Below, one piece after another: positions 1-9,670 of a stretch of DNA of 64,000 nucleotides. Origin of the DNA: a virus; the IMG/VR virus record IMGVR_UViG_3300009159_000050, positions 25,967 through 89,966 of that record; one strand, 5' to 3'. Every line of letters begins with the position of its first letter. The stretch's first letter is position 1. Below the pieces are notes generated by a model. It worked only from the letters and a program-made list of their open reading frames with translations. It had not been told where the DNA came from and did no database searches. The position numbers were made by a program, and so were the translations under genes.

Positions 1-2
1 AT

Positions 3-278
3 CCTTACTATACTAGTGATAGGTTGTTTGAAAGTACTGGTCGTGGTGGTTTTACCATATACCCAGAAATTAAAGGACTAGATGAATACTTTATGCCTGA
101 TGAAGTAGTATTTTACAATCATGGAAATTTAGATGACCTAAAAAACAAAATAGATCATTACCTTGAGAATTCTTTAGTAAGAGAAAGAATTAGATTAAAT
201 GGACACAATCGCACAAAGAAAGAGCACACCTATGTGCATCGTTGGGAAACTATTATGAATGAGTTAGGAATAAAATGA
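3..278 (+). CDS. Glycosyltransferase C-terminal part (CgeB/YkvP-like GT-B); 5' end lies before the window
   Basis: Frame is open from position 3 and reads PYYTSDRLFESTGRGGF...KIDHYL...R.RI...GH.R...EHTYVHR, a typical Glyco_trans_1_2 C-terminus. Confidence 0.75.
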   Translation, partial: PYYTSDRLFESTGRGGFTIYPEIKGLDEYFMPDEVVFYNHGNLDDLKNKIDHYLENSLVRERIRLNGHNRTKKEHTYVHRWETIMNELGIK

Positions 279-1204
279 AAAGTATAGCAATAACAGGTGC
301 AACTGGACTATTAGGTTCACACTTATCAAACCACTACCTATCACTAGGCTATAATGTTTTTGTTCTATTAAAAGACGAGCATAGTCGCACAGAACTTTCT
401 CCAAATGTAAACAAGGTTTATGGAAGTATTAATAATAAAACAGACATTGATTTTTTTATAGAAAAGTCAAGACCAGATTACTTTATCCATCTTGCAGCAC
501 AGACTCAGGCATATGACTCAATCAAGTATCCATACAATACTTTTTATACCAATCTTGTTGGTACATTGAATGTACTTGAATCATTAAGAGAATACAAAAA
601 TTGCAAGTCAATCATTGTTGCTTCTAGCGATAAAGCCTACGGGGAGTTAGTAAATGATGAATACTTTGAAGATCATATTCTTAATGGCATATATCCATAT
701 GATGCATCCAAAACTATTACAGACATAATGTGTAATTCATATAGGAATACATATGATATGCCTGTTGTAACTACCCGTGCCTGCAACATTTATGGAACTG
801 GTGACAATAATATTCAAAGATTGGTGCCTGGAGTTGTGAAGGCTTATAAGGATGGCGCATTGTTTACTATCAGAAATGGTGGTAGAGATATTAGAGAATA
901 CATTAATGTTAAGGATGTTGTTTCAGCATACGCTAACATACTTACATATGCAGAAACAGTTAATAATATTCCATCCTTTAACATATCCTCTGGTGAAAGA
1001 TATTCTACACTTGAAGTATTTAACCTTATCCAAGACTCAATTGGTAAAGAAGTTAAGCATGAGATCATTGAGAGTGATGGATTTGAAATTAAAAAACAGT
1101 TTATGAACTCATCTTTGCTACAAGAAAAAACTGGATGGAAGTCGGAGCATACTATGAAAGACAGTATGAAAGAAATAGTTGATTTTTATATGGAGTCTAA
1201 ATGA
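275..1204 (+). CDS. NAD-dependent nucleotide-sugar epimerase/dehydratase (extended SDR)
   Basis: TGATGLLG Rossmann motif, HLAAQ, SSDKAYG, catalytic YDASK, RACNIYG. Confidence 0.9.
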   Translation: MKSIAITGATGLLGSHLSNHYLSLGYNVFVLLKDEHSRTELSPNVNKVYGSINNKTDIDFFIEKSRPDYFIHLAAQTQAYDSIKYPYNTFYTNLVGTLNVLESLREYKNCKSIIVASSDKAYGELVNDEYFEDHILNGIYPYDASKTITDIMCNSYRNTYDMPVVTTRACNIYGTGDNNIQRLVPGVVKAYKDGALFTIRNGGRDIREYINVKDVVSAYANILTYAETVNNIPSFNISSGERYSTLEVFNLIQDSIGKEVKHEIIESDGFEIKKQFMNSSLLQEKTGWKSEHTMKDSMKEIVDFYMESK

Positions 1205-1710
1205 ATATAAATTTTGGTTGCGGTAGCATTCAGCCTTCTGACTGGACTAATATAGATCTTGATCCAGAGTTTAATACCGAGCATAGAGACTTAGAACTGA
1301 TACCCGATAGCTCTTGTGACATTCTTGTTTGTCATGCAATAGTTTGCTGTGTTAAATATCACGACATTGAAAAGGTATTGTTAGAATTTTATAGAGTACT
1401 AAAACCAGGAGGAGTTGTAAGGATTAGCCTTCCAGATATTGTTTCTGGGTTTGATGCATATAAAAATAATAATATTAATTTCTTTCCTAATTCTGAAGAT
1501 GATTTGGATAAGCGTTTCTCTGCATGGCTAACTTGGTATTCACAATCAGCATCTCTGCTAACAGATAAAGCGCTACAATATAAACTACAGGATTGTGGGT
1601 TTAACTTTGTATCAAAAACAGAGTTTAAACAAACAGTATATTCAAATGAAAAAATTTATGAACTTGATACAAGGGAACATGAATTCTATTTTGTGGAGGC
1701 AAAAAAATGA
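1201..1710 (+). CDS. Class I SAM-dependent methyltransferase (type 11-like)
   Basis: INFGCG, W.NID, EFYRVLKPGGVVRISLPD. Confidence 0.8.
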   Translation: MNINFGCGSIQPSDWTNIDLDPEFNTEHRDLELIPDSSCDILVCHAIVCCVKYHDIEKVLLEFYRVLKPGGVVRISLPDIVSGFDAYKNNNINFFPNSEDDLDKRFSAWLTWYSQSASLLTDKALQYKLQDCGFNFVSKTEFKQTVYSNEKIYELDTREHEFYFVEAKK

Positions 1711-2414
1711 CAGAGATGGTTAAGACAATACTAAATGGAGAATTTGAAATAATTCTTCCAAAGCATCGTGCAGAGAGACCAGAGTGGCACACAGAAGCAG
1801 GTTGGGAAAAGTTAAGGCTTAAATCAATGCACAATAACATTGGTAAGGGCGATGTTGTTTATTATGTTGGTGCAGAAGAAGGTGAGTTTCCAGCGCTTTG
1901 TCAAATGTGGGGAGCAGAAGTTGTATTGTTTGAACCTAATCCTAAAGTATGGTCACACCTTCCACAAACTTGGAAATCAAATAACTTAGAACTTCCAATG
2001 GCATGCATTCCTGGATTTGCTTCTGATAAAGTAAATGAGCTTGCAAGAATTTATTATAATGAATGGCCTCCAGAGGCTGATGACGTTATTGAAGCAGCAC
2101 ATGGATTTAAAGAATTATACCTTGAAGGTGATTCATATGGTCAAATTACTATAGATTCTTGTGTATATGATCACGGTATTAAGCCACCTACCGCCATTTC
2201 ATTAGACGTAGAGGGTAGCGAATGGAGGGTCCTAGGAGGGGCTGAGAGTGTCCTTAAACAGTATAAGCCTAAGATTTGGCTATCTGGACACCCTGAATTT
2301 ATGTTACAGCAATGGGATGAATCCTTATATAATCTTAGACAATGGATAAAAAATTTAGGATATAAAGAAAAATTGCTTGATTACCAACACGAAGTTCATT
2401 TGTTCTATGAGTAG
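1707..2414 (+). CDS. FkbM-family methyltransferase
   Basis: YVGAEEG, FEPNP, LDVEGSEWRVLGGA. Confidence 0.8.
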   Translation: MTEMVKTILNGEFEIILPKHRAERPEWHTEAGWEKLRLKSMHNNIGKGDVVYYVGAEEGEFPALCQMWGAEVVLFEPNPKVWSHLPQTWKSNNLELPMACIPGFASDKVNELARIYYNEWPPEADDVIEAAHGFKELYLEGDSYGQITIDSCVYDHGIKPPTAISLDVEGSEWRVLGGAESVLKQYKPKIWLSGHPEFMLQQWDESLYNLRQWIKNLGYKEKLLDYQHEVHLFYE

Positions 2415-3570
2415 TCTTATATTTTGTTCACATACAGATGATGGAATTTTTTCTTTAGGAGATTACATCCTTGATAGTAGTGATGATTTTACAATTGCAT
2501 CTGCATTTGCTGGCATACCAACAGATGATGCTGGATATAAAAAACACACTACATTAAGAAAAGAACATGACGAAGCCTGTTCTATGGTAAATGCTAAAGT
2601 TATTAATGGAGATCTATTAGATGATGTTTATGGAAAACAAAATGAAGATGATTTAATAAATTGGATAAAAAGTATAATTGTAGATTTTGATAATATATAT
2701 ATTCCACTAGGAATTCATCATCCAGACCACGTATTTTTATCAGATACTTTATTTAATTTAATGAAGCATTTTGATAAAAAATATTTTGTATATGCTGAGT
2801 TGCCATATAAATTGTCATATCAGGATTTATATGAAACAAGATTAAAAATTTTTACATCACTTTGTGGTTTAAAAAAAACTAACACCAATTTTACAAAAAA
2901 CAAAATTGATGCAATAAAAAAATATGATTCACAAATAAAATACGCAAGCGATCCATCTTGCATAGATGAAGAATTATTTGCACAACTTATTGTAGAAGAA
3001 GAAGTATGGGAAGTTTCAATATTAGATCATGCTAAGGTTTTTTGGGACAATGCTGCAAAAGATGTAGATGTAAAGTATAAATATATTGCAGATGAATGGG
3101 CACCTAGTGAAAAATTTTTAACTCTTATAGAGGACAGCAATAGTAATTGGAATAATGTTTTAGAAATTGGATGTGGATTAGGAAGGCTGCTCGTTCCTCT
3201 TGCAGAGAAATATAATGAATGCAACTTTTACGGAATAGACATATCTGATGAAATGATTAAGCTTGCACCTAAGAAAGATAATATAAAGTATCAAGAACTT
3301 GCAGACAATCTTGATCTTGTGTACTCAATTCTAGTCTTTCAGCATATTGACCACCAAGAAAAAATTAAATATATAAAACTTGCTTATGAAAAATTAAAAG
3401 TTGGTGGTATTTTATTCTTTCAGTTTGTTGTTGGAGAAGAGAATTCTGCATACTCTTATCAAACATCAAGGTTTGAAATTAACAGAATATTAAGTGATGT
3501 AGGATTTAAAAACTTAATCTTTACAGATCATATGCATCCTAAATGGATGTTTGTTAGGGCTACAAAATGA
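2407..3570 (+). CDS. PIG-L/LmbE deacetylase fused to a SAM methyltransferase
   Basis: HTDD and HPDH deacetylase motifs in the N-half; VLEIGCGLGR, GIDIS and LKVGG in the C-half. ATG at 2407 overlaps the upstream stop; the ORF track starts at 2377. Confidence 0.75.
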   Translation: MSSLIFCSHTDDGIFSLGDYILDSSDDFTIASAFAGIPTDDAGYKKHTTLRKEHDEACSMVNAKVINGDLLDDVYGKQNEDDLINWIKSIIVDFDNIYIPLGIHHPDHVFLSDTLFNLMKHFDKKYFVYAELPYKLSYQDLYETRLKIFTSLCGLKKTNTNFTKNKIDAIKKYDSQIKYASDPSCIDEELFAQLIVEEEVWEVSILDHAKVFWDNAAKDVDVKYKYIADEWAPSEKFLTLIEDSNSNWNNVLEIGCGLGRLLVPLAEKYNECNFYGIDISDEMIKLAPKKDNIKYQELADNLDLVYSILVFQHIDHQEKIKYIKLAYEKLKVGGILFFQFVVGEENSAYSYQTSRFEINRILSDVGFKNLIFTDHMHPKWMFVRATK

Positions 3571-4415
3571 TAAAAGCATATCTTCTTTCTTTTAATAAAA
3601 ATGATTGTGCTGCCGATAAGTGGGACTATGGCCTATTAAAAGAAATTTTTACTAAGTATGATATAGAAGAAATTAAAGTTACATCTTTGCCAAAAGAAGA
3701 ACGTGCTTTTGTTATTGTTCCTGGACCACAAAATCTTGGACATGAAAAATATATTAATAAAGAAATACAAAATATATCAAGGCTTGTTTTATTTATTAAT
3801 GGAGATGAGCAAGGTAGTTTTGATATAACAAAGATTAATCATCCTAATGCTGAGATATGGGTTCAATACCCCTATGAACAACACAAACATTTAAATAAAC
3901 TACCAATAGGTGTTCCACAACATCTAAAGAAGTTGGTACCAGATTATCCGTCAAAAGACTATGAAGTATATTTTAGTGGTCAAATAACACATCCAAGAAG
4001 ACAACAGATAGCAAAGGTTATGCCAGACATGCCAAATGCCCTTTTTACCCTTACAGCAGGCTTTGCACAGGGCGGAGAACCTAAAGACTACTATAAGTCC
4101 TTGTCCAGTGCTAAGATCGCTCCTGCGCCTGCTGGGGCCGCAACGATTGACACCTTTAGATTCTTTGAGGCTATAGAGATGCTATGCCTGCCAATTTCAG
4201 ATAGTGTAGACTCTAAGGGAAATAGTAGAAATTTCTATCAAGATGTATTTGGCTATGATATACCTGTTAGAAGTGTTACTGATTGGTCTGAGCTACATGA
4301 GCTAGTTCCAGAGTTGTTAAATAATTACCCTGAAAATATGCATACTGTAGTATCCTGGTGGATTAAATATAAGAGAGACTTAGGCATTAAGATTATGAGG
4401 CAAGTGAATGAATAA
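3567..4415 (+). CDS. Exostosin/GT47-like glycosyltransferase
   Basis: YFSGQ...RR, then Y...L..AKIAPAPAG...DTFRFFEAIEMLCLPI, an exostosin-like C-terminal signature. Confidence 0.6.
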   Translation: MIKAYLLSFNKNDCAADKWDYGLLKEIFTKYDIEEIKVTSLPKEERAFVIVPGPQNLGHEKYINKEIQNISRLVLFINGDEQGSFDITKINHPNAEIWVQYPYEQHKHLNKLPIGVPQHLKKLVPDYPSKDYEVYFSGQITHPRRQQIAKVMPDMPNALFTLTAGFAQGGEPKDYYKSLSSAKIAPAPAGAATIDTFRFFEAIEMLCLPISDSVDSKGNSRNFYQDVFGYDIPVRSVTDWSELHELVPELLNNYPENMHTVVSWWIKYKRDLGIKIMRQVNE

Positions 4416-5169
4416 AAAAGATATAACAATTATACTTGCAACATCTATAATACCAGCCCATCCAAATACTGAAATGATAGATGAAACCATTAAGTCTATT
4501 AGGGTACACTTTCCAGAAAATGAAATCATTATGCAAATTGATGGTTTAAGAAAAGAACAAACACACAGGAAACCAGATTATGATGAGTACAAGAATAGAA
4601 TTCTTTGGAAATGTTTACATGAGTATAAAAATGTATTGCCAATAATCTTTGACAAACATAGTCATCAAACCACAATGATGCGTAATACTATTGATGAAAT
4701 CCAAACACCACTTATGATTTATGTTGAGGGTGATGCTCCATTAACACCAGATGTGCCGATTGATTGGGAAAGGTGTATTGATCTTATTGAACAAAAACGG
4801 GCTAACACAATTCGTTTTCATCATGAAGCAACAATACCAGAACCACATAATCATTTAATGCTTGGACTTGAAGATGGCTTCATGAAAACATCTCAATGGA
4901 GTCAAAGACCTCACTTAAGTACTGTAAAATATTATAAAGATGTTGTCTTACCTTTCTGTAAACCAATAAGTTTTATTGAAGATAGATTTCACGGTAAGGT
5001 TCAAGATGATATTTTTCCTTACGATAGTTTTAGTCAGGAAGGTTGGGACACACATAAACTTTGGATCTATCATCCTGAAGGAAATATAAAACGATCTTAT
5101 CATTTAGATGGTCGTGATGGTACAAGAAAGTTTACACAGGATGATGATACTTGGGGATATACAGAGTGA
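4408..5169 (+). CDS. Putative GT-A fold glycosyltransferase
   Basis: ITIILATS...IIMQIDG...IYVEGD (DxD-like)...SYHLDGR; lies within the glycan cluster. Confidence 0.55.
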   Translation: MNKKDITIILATSIIPAHPNTEMIDETIKSIRVHFPENEIIMQIDGLRKEQTHRKPDYDEYKNRILWKCLHEYKNVLPIIFDKHSHQTTMMRNTIDEIQTPLMIYVEGDAPLTPDVPIDWERCIDLIEQKRANTIRFHHEATIPEPHNHLMLGLEDGFMKTSQWSQRPHLSTVKYYKDVVLPFCKPISFIEDRFHGKVQDDIFPYDSFSQEGWDTHKLWIYHPEGNIKRSYHLDGRDGTRKFTQDDDTWGYTE

Positions 5170-6197
5170 CATTTGGAATAATTGCAAGATGTGATAATAG
5201 TGGATTGGGCAATCAGACAAGAGATCTGGTTAAAATGCTAAATCCAGATAAGATTCTTTTAATTAATTCCTCAAGCTTCAACAATAATAAACAATATCCT
5301 GAGTGGTATGATGGCTATAACGTAATAATGACAGATGGTTTTCCAACTAAACAAGAGGTTTCTAGATTTATGGATGGACTAAATTCTGTACTTACATGCG
5401 AAACCTTTTACCATCCACATTTTATTCACCTTTCACAGAGACGTAACGTTAAAACGTTGATGCAGTATAACTATGAGTTTCTTGATCATTTAAATAGACC
5501 AGATATGCCTTTGCCAACCTATATGATTGCCCCTAGTTATTGGAAGATAGATGAGGTTATTAGTAAGTTTAGTAATGATACCAATGTTATTCATTTACCG
5601 CCGCCGATTGACTCATCTGAGTTTGCTTCTGTAAGAGATAATAATCTTGGAAAAGATCATAAAAGAATTCTTCATATTGGTGGCAAGGCAGCTTCTCAGG
5701 ATAGGAATGGCACTCAAACTGTTATTGATATGCTTGAGCATTCAACAGCTGACTATGAGTTAGTTGTTAGAAGTCAAACGGAACTTAAAGTTAATTGCAA
5801 AGATCCCAGACTTACTATTGACATAAGCGATAATGATAGCAGGTCTTCAATGTATGAGGGCTTTGACGCTATGGTTCTTCCAAGAAGATATGCTGGCTTA
5901 TGCTTGCCAATGAATGAGGCGCTTATGAGTGGTCTACCAGTCTTTATGACTGACATATCACCAAATAATGAAATTCTTCCAAACGATTGGCTAATTCCTT
6001 CAAGAAAAATAAACACACTTATGACAAGAGTTAAATTAGATGTATATGAGGCTGATCCCAAACAGCTTGCTAAAAGAATTGATAACTATGTTAACAGTGA
6101 TAAAAAAGCAGAAAAAGAAAAAGCTGCAACTATTGGGTTTGAAAACTTTGATCCATCTATTCTAAAGAATCAATACCTTCGGATTCTGGAAGGATAA
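5151..6197 (+). CDS. GT4-like (GT-B) glycosyltransferase
   Basis: DNSGLG N-terminal loop; DAMVLPRRYAGLCLPMNEALMSGLPV nucleotide-sugar binding motif. Confidence 0.85.
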   Translation: MGIYRVTFGIIARCDNSGLGNQTRDLVKMLNPDKILLINSSSFNNNKQYPEWYDGYNVIMTDGFPTKQEVSRFMDGLNSVLTCETFYHPHFIHLSQRRNVKTLMQYNYEFLDHLNRPDMPLPTYMIAPSYWKIDEVISKFSNDTNVIHLPPPIDSSEFASVRDNNLGKDHKRILHIGGKAASQDRNGTQTVIDMLEHSTADYELVVRSQTELKVNCKDPRLTIDISDNDSRSSMYEGFDAMVLPRRYAGLCLPMNEALMSGLPVFMTDISPNNEILPNDWLIPSRKINTLMTRVKLDVYEADPKQLAKRIDNYVNSDKKAEKEKAATIGFENFDPSILKNQYLRILEG

Positions 6198-6843
6198 ACT
6201 CTTCTGAGAATTTTTGTTTTAAATTTCCAAGAGTCATGAAGGTTGCTTTTTGATCATTTCTAAATTTAATGTATGTTCTAAGCTCTTTAATTTTATAGTC
6301 TGTAAACTTTAATATATAATAAGATAACCAGAGATCGTCAATAATCCAGTACTCTTCAGGGCAATCAAAGAAGTCCTCATTTAAAAACAGCTTAGACTCA
6401 CAAATAAGTCCACCAGTTCCAGCATAGTTGCCTAGTTCATCGCCGACAATCTTAATCTTTCTTTTATATCTTGCATTAATTCGGTGTGCCCAAAAAGATT
6501 TTACTACATTAGGCTCATATTGTTTATGACATTCTTCTATAAAAGTGTTTGGAATAATTTCATCATCATCAATAAATATTATTTTTTCATACCCTTGTTC
6601 AGCAAGATCTCTTGCTAACAAAAATCTAGCAAACTGTTTAAAATCATTTTTGTATTCATTAATTGATATATTTAAACCACCACCATACTTATCTAAATAG
6701 CGCAAAAGTCTTTCATTTTGATTTGAATTATCAACAATATAAAAATCAAAGTCTTTATCTGTTTGATTGTTTATGCAGCCCAAAGTAAGCTTAAGGTTTT
6801 CCAACCTTATATAGGTACACATTATTAAAGCTGTATTTGACAT
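6157..6843 (-). CDS. GT2-family glycosyltransferase
   Basis: IMCTYIR, YIVDN, IIFIDDD, GTGG, IDDLWLS. Confidence 0.8.
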   Translation of the reverse strand: MSNTALIMCTYIRLENLKLTLGCINNQTDKDFDFYIVDNSNQNERLLRYLDKYGGGLNISINEYKNDFKQFARFLLARDLAEQGYEKIIFIDDDEIIPNTFIEECHKQYEPNVVKSFWAHRINARYKRKIKIVGDELGNYAGTGGLICESKLFLNEDFFDCPEEYWIIDDLWLSYYILKFTDYKIKELRTYIKFRNDQKATFMTLGNLKQKFSEEFILPESEGIDSLE

Positions 6844-6851
6844 ATTAATCT

Positions 6852-6860
6852 ATAATAGCA
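6852..6860 (-). promoter_or_regulatory. Extended -10 promoter, probably leaderless
   Basis: TGCTATTAT lies 8 nt before the ATG at 6843, with no Shine-Dalgarno. Confidence 0.5.
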
Positions 6861-6891
6861 TAAAAAGAAGACCAGCCTATTGCTAGGCTGG
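6861..6891 (-). terminator. Intrinsic terminator after the holin-like gene
   Basis: CCAGCCTA-gcaa-TAGGCTGG hairpin followed by TCTTCTTTTT on the - strand. Confidence 0.8.
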
Positions 6892-6906
6892 CCCTCCATA
6901 ATATAA

Positions 6907-7188
6907 CTACTTTACAGCAGTCTTCTTTGCAGCAGCCTTCTTAGCAGCCTTCTTAGCAGGTGCCTTAGCAGCCTTCAGAGCCTGATCTACGGCCTTAGCA
7001 TCTGGCAATACACCAAACGCCTTGTCGTTAGGATTGATTGCTCTAATAGCCACTGGAGCGATTGCAGCAACTAGTGCTGTCCATAGATCCTTTGGATCTG
7101 TAACTCCTGCCATGTATAGGGCAAGTCCTGATGCAAGCACTGATCTTCCGTATGATGCTAGTAGTGCCTTTAGTTGTTCTGTATTCAT
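6907..7188 (-). CDS. Holin-like small membrane protein with an Ala/Lys-rich tail
   Basis: Two hydrophobic segments, SYGRS and AINPNDKAFG actinophage holin-like pattern, AAKK tail, GGAGGA SD. Confidence 0.55.
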   Translation of the reverse strand: MNTEQLKALLASYGRSVLASGLALYMAGVTDPKDLWTALVAAIAPVAIRAINPNDKAFGVLPDAKAVDQALKAAKAPAKKAAKKAAAKKTAVK

Positions 7189-7198
7189 TTTATTCCTC

Positions 7199-7357
7199 CT
7201 AGGATATAACTCGTGTTAGTATTGTGAAACCAATCCATAGACCAATAATTCCTGCGACTCCCGCAAAAACTGGTGGTGCTGGTACTGGCAATTTGAATGC
7301 TGCGAACACGACACCGCATCCAAAACCTGTTAGTGTTGATAGAATAATATCTTTCAT
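7199..7357 (-). CDS. XapX/DUF1427-like small membrane protein (52 aa, not in the ORF track)
   Basis: Hand translation MKDIILSTLTGFGCGVVFAAFKLPVPAPPVFAGVAGIIGLWIGFTILTRVIS; LPVPAPP signature; GAGGAG SD; ATGA overlap with the upstream stop. Confidence 0.8.
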   Translation of the reverse strand: MKDIILSTLTGFGCGVVFAAFKLPVPAPPVFAGVAGIIGLWIGFTILTRVIS

Positions 7358-8232
7358 TGTTTCTCCTCAATAGATAATAGTTGTTTTAATTTTTTTTGTT
7401 TTGTATATTCTTTTATAGCTTCTATAACCACATCTCTTTCTTCAGGTGGCCAAGCATTCATTAGTATTTGTTTTATTCCATCTTTTTCAAGCTTATCTAC
7501 AAAATTATCAAATTGCTCATAGGTAAAATATTCAACATCAGTTACTGAATGCTCTAACTCTCCTTTACGCCATGCTGGTTTTATAACATATCCATCTAAA
7601 AGGCTTAGCTCTGCTTCTGTTTTTCTAAATACTGGGGTCATTGCTATCATAGCATCTGTATCTTTTAGATTTATTTTATTTGATAATAATTGATCAGGGT
7701 TATTATTGTCTACAGACCAGTGTTGATTTATATAGGATCTGTAAGGTAAAATTATTTTATTTTTATATATCTGTGCTGCTTCTAATACATACTGATTTGT
7801 TGTTGATACATAAAAATCTAATTTATTAATGTAATCCTGATTTCCTGGCATTGTATTTAAGGTGTTTACATAATCAACAAGATATTTTGATCTATCAACC
7901 TTGCTTGATAAGTCATTAACATTTCCTAATATTCCACCAAAATCTATTTCATTTTCTTTTGGATATCCAGAAATTAAATTTATTTGTAGTCTTTGTTTCA
8001 TTATTGAGTTAATAGATTTGTTAATTATACAAAGGTATTGTGGTGAAATTGTGTATGGCCTTATTGCAACCAAGTATTTAATTTTTTCTGTAGATTTTAT
8101 ATCCCTTGCAACTTTTGCAAACATATCACCCTGTGATAAATCATGTGTAAACATTACACCACTAAATCCACTATCTTCTAGTCTAGATATAAATCCTTCT
8201 TCAAAGTAACCACCAAAATAATAAAATTCCAT
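7354..8232 (-). CDS. Luciferase-like (LLM) flavin-dependent monooxygenase
   Basis: LEDSGFSGVMF, KYLVAIRPYTISPQY, RLQINLISG resemble the SsuD/LLM N-terminal half. Confidence 0.65.
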   Translation of the reverse strand: MEFYYFGGYFEEGFISRLEDSGFSGVMFTHDLSQGDMFAKVARDIKSTEKIKYLVAIRPYTISPQYLCIINKSINSIMKQRLQINLISGYPKENEIDFGGILGNVNDLSSKVDRSKYLVDYVNTLNTMPGNQDYINKLDFYVSTTNQYVLEAAQIYKNKIILPYRSYINQHWSVDNNNPDQLLSNKINLKDTDAMIAMTPVFRKTEAELSLLDGYVIKPAWRKGELEHSVTDVEYFTYEQFDNFVDKLEKDGIKQILMNAWPPEERDVVIEAIKEYTKQKKLKQLLSIEEKQ

Positions 8233-8251
8233 ATTAAATTATCTCACACTT

Positions 8252-8650
8252 TCATTCAGATTCTTCTGGTAATAGTTTTTTTAGTTTCTTAAATTCAACA
8301 GACATTTTTTTCATTCCATCATAATTGGGGATCATGCCCATTATGTCACCGTACTCATCAAAATAGTTAATGAGTGGATCAACTTCTGATACAAAATCAC
8401 CTATGCCAGACTGAACTTCTTGAATATAGTCAAACGCTGAGTCACGAGAATCAGATAGAAACTTAATAAAGCTTTCTTGATGAGCATCATTATCTAACTT
8501 AGTCTTAGATGACATTAAAATTTCAATTTTTGAATATGCTGCAGCAAGTTTTTTAATATGATTTTTTAATGCTTTAAGCTTGGCATTTAGTATTAACAGG
8601 GCAAACAATGAAATAAAAAGCAAAGATCCAAGAATTATAATAGTTTCCAT
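8252..8650 (-). CDS. Hypothetical protein with an N-terminal membrane anchor
   Basis: Hydrophobic residues 3-22; co-oriented and tightly packed. Confidence 0.6.
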   Translation of the reverse strand: METIIILGSLLFISLFALLILNAKLKALKNHIKKLAAAYSKIEILMSSKTKLDNDAHQESFIKFLSDSRDSAFDYIQEVQSGIGDFVSEVDPLINYFDEYGDIMGMIPNYDGMKKMSVEFKKLKKLLPEESE

Positions 8651-8658
8651 AATATATT

Positions 8659-8889
8659 TTATACCAATGCCTCTCTTGTTACTAGCACAATTGCGCCTTC
8701 CATTTCTAATGCATTCTTTAGTTGAACAACATATTGTAGTGCTGCTATTTTTTCATCATGCGTTAAACGAATAAATTGTTTTTCATCTAATTTTACAGTA
8801 AGAAAGTGTTCATTGTCAATAAGCTGTACAGAAAAACCTTTAGGTGCTTGTACAGCATGAAAAGCTCTACGCATTGAGTCTGTATACAT
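8659..8889 (-). CDS. Hypothetical protein
   Basis: Packed ORF on the coding strand. Confidence 0.6.
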   Translation of the reverse strand: MYTDSMRRAFHAVQAPKGFSVQLIDNEHFLTVKLDEKQFIRLTHDEKIAALQYVVQLKNALEMEGAIVLVTREALV

Positions 8890-8891
8890 TA

Positions 8892-9191
8892 TTAATTATC
8901 TTTCTTATCTACATAATGAAATAAAGCTTCTAATGATTCCCAGCCAATATCTTCTTTTACTTCTAAGGCTGCAAGAAAAATGTCCCATGTTTCATAAACA
9001 TATTGTTTTGCTAAGACTGTTGGCTCAACTAATTCATTGTCAACTAAAAATGCAATTGGCAACCCAATGTCATTGTACTCAATAAAATCTTTAAAATATT
9101 TATCAAGCTTATAGTCCATCCATAGTTCCCCAAGGATGGCACACATTGATTCAAAGCTAGTTACGTCTTCTCCGTTGTTAGAGATTTCCAC
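8892..9191 (-). CDS. Hypothetical acidic protein
   Basis: Packed ORF; start uncertain. Confidence 0.55.
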   Translation of the reverse strand: MEISNNGEDVTSFESMCAILGELWMDYKLDKYFKDFIEYNDIGLPIAFLVDNELVEPTVLAKQYVYETWDIFLAALEVKEDIGWESLEALFHYVDKKDN

Positions 9192-9448
9192 ATCTCACCC
9201 CATTTTTCTTTTGTCCTGTGCTTACCAAACTCCCGTGATATTTCACCATTCTCTAAGTATATACCACCCCAGACACCCCACTCTTTGCTAGATACACCGT
9301 TAGCAAAACATATTTTTTGAACTGGACATGATTGGCATAGGCTGTCTATCATTGGTCTAATAAGCTCATCGTCCTCATACCTGTCAAAAAATAAGTTTGT
9401 ATCTGAGCCAAAACAAGCACTTTTATCTTTCCATAAGTGTTGCTCCAT
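9161..9448 (-). CDS. whiB: WhiB-family Fe-S transcriptional regulator
   Basis: C...FF...CQSCPVQKIC and the GVWGG turn. Confidence 0.92.
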   Translation of the reverse strand: MEQHLWKDKSACFGSDTNLFFDRYEDDELIRPMIDSLCQSCPVQKICFANGVSSKEWGVWGGIYLENGEISREFGKHRTKEKWGEMWKSLTTEKT

Positions 9449-9450
9449 AT

Positions 9451-9660
9451 TTATTCCTTATATCTATTTGGAATATCCCAGCCATTACGATCAGGTACAA
9501 ATGTTTTTGCCAAAAACCATTTACCATTACGACGAATTCCATTAACAGCAGTCTTGGCAACATCAGACTGCTTGGTTTCTACAACTGTCCAACCATCCCA
9601 ATGTAAGTTATAGTTCTTGGCTACAATCTTTTCCATTGTTTTTAAATCTTTTACAATCAT
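9451..9660 (-). CDS. Hypothetical protein
   Basis: Packed ORF, LHWDGWTVV. Confidence 0.65.
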   Translation of the reverse strand: MIVKDLKTMEKIVAKNYNLHWDGWTVVETKQSDVAKTAVNGIRRNGKWFLAKTFVPDRNGWDIPNRYKE

Positions 9661-9670
9661 TTTTTACCCC

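Noticed and set aside
7185-7370. 61-aa ORF from the track (MRRNNERY...)
   Set aside because: The overlapping frame 7199-7357 has an SD, start-stop coupling and a recognisable XapX-like sequence
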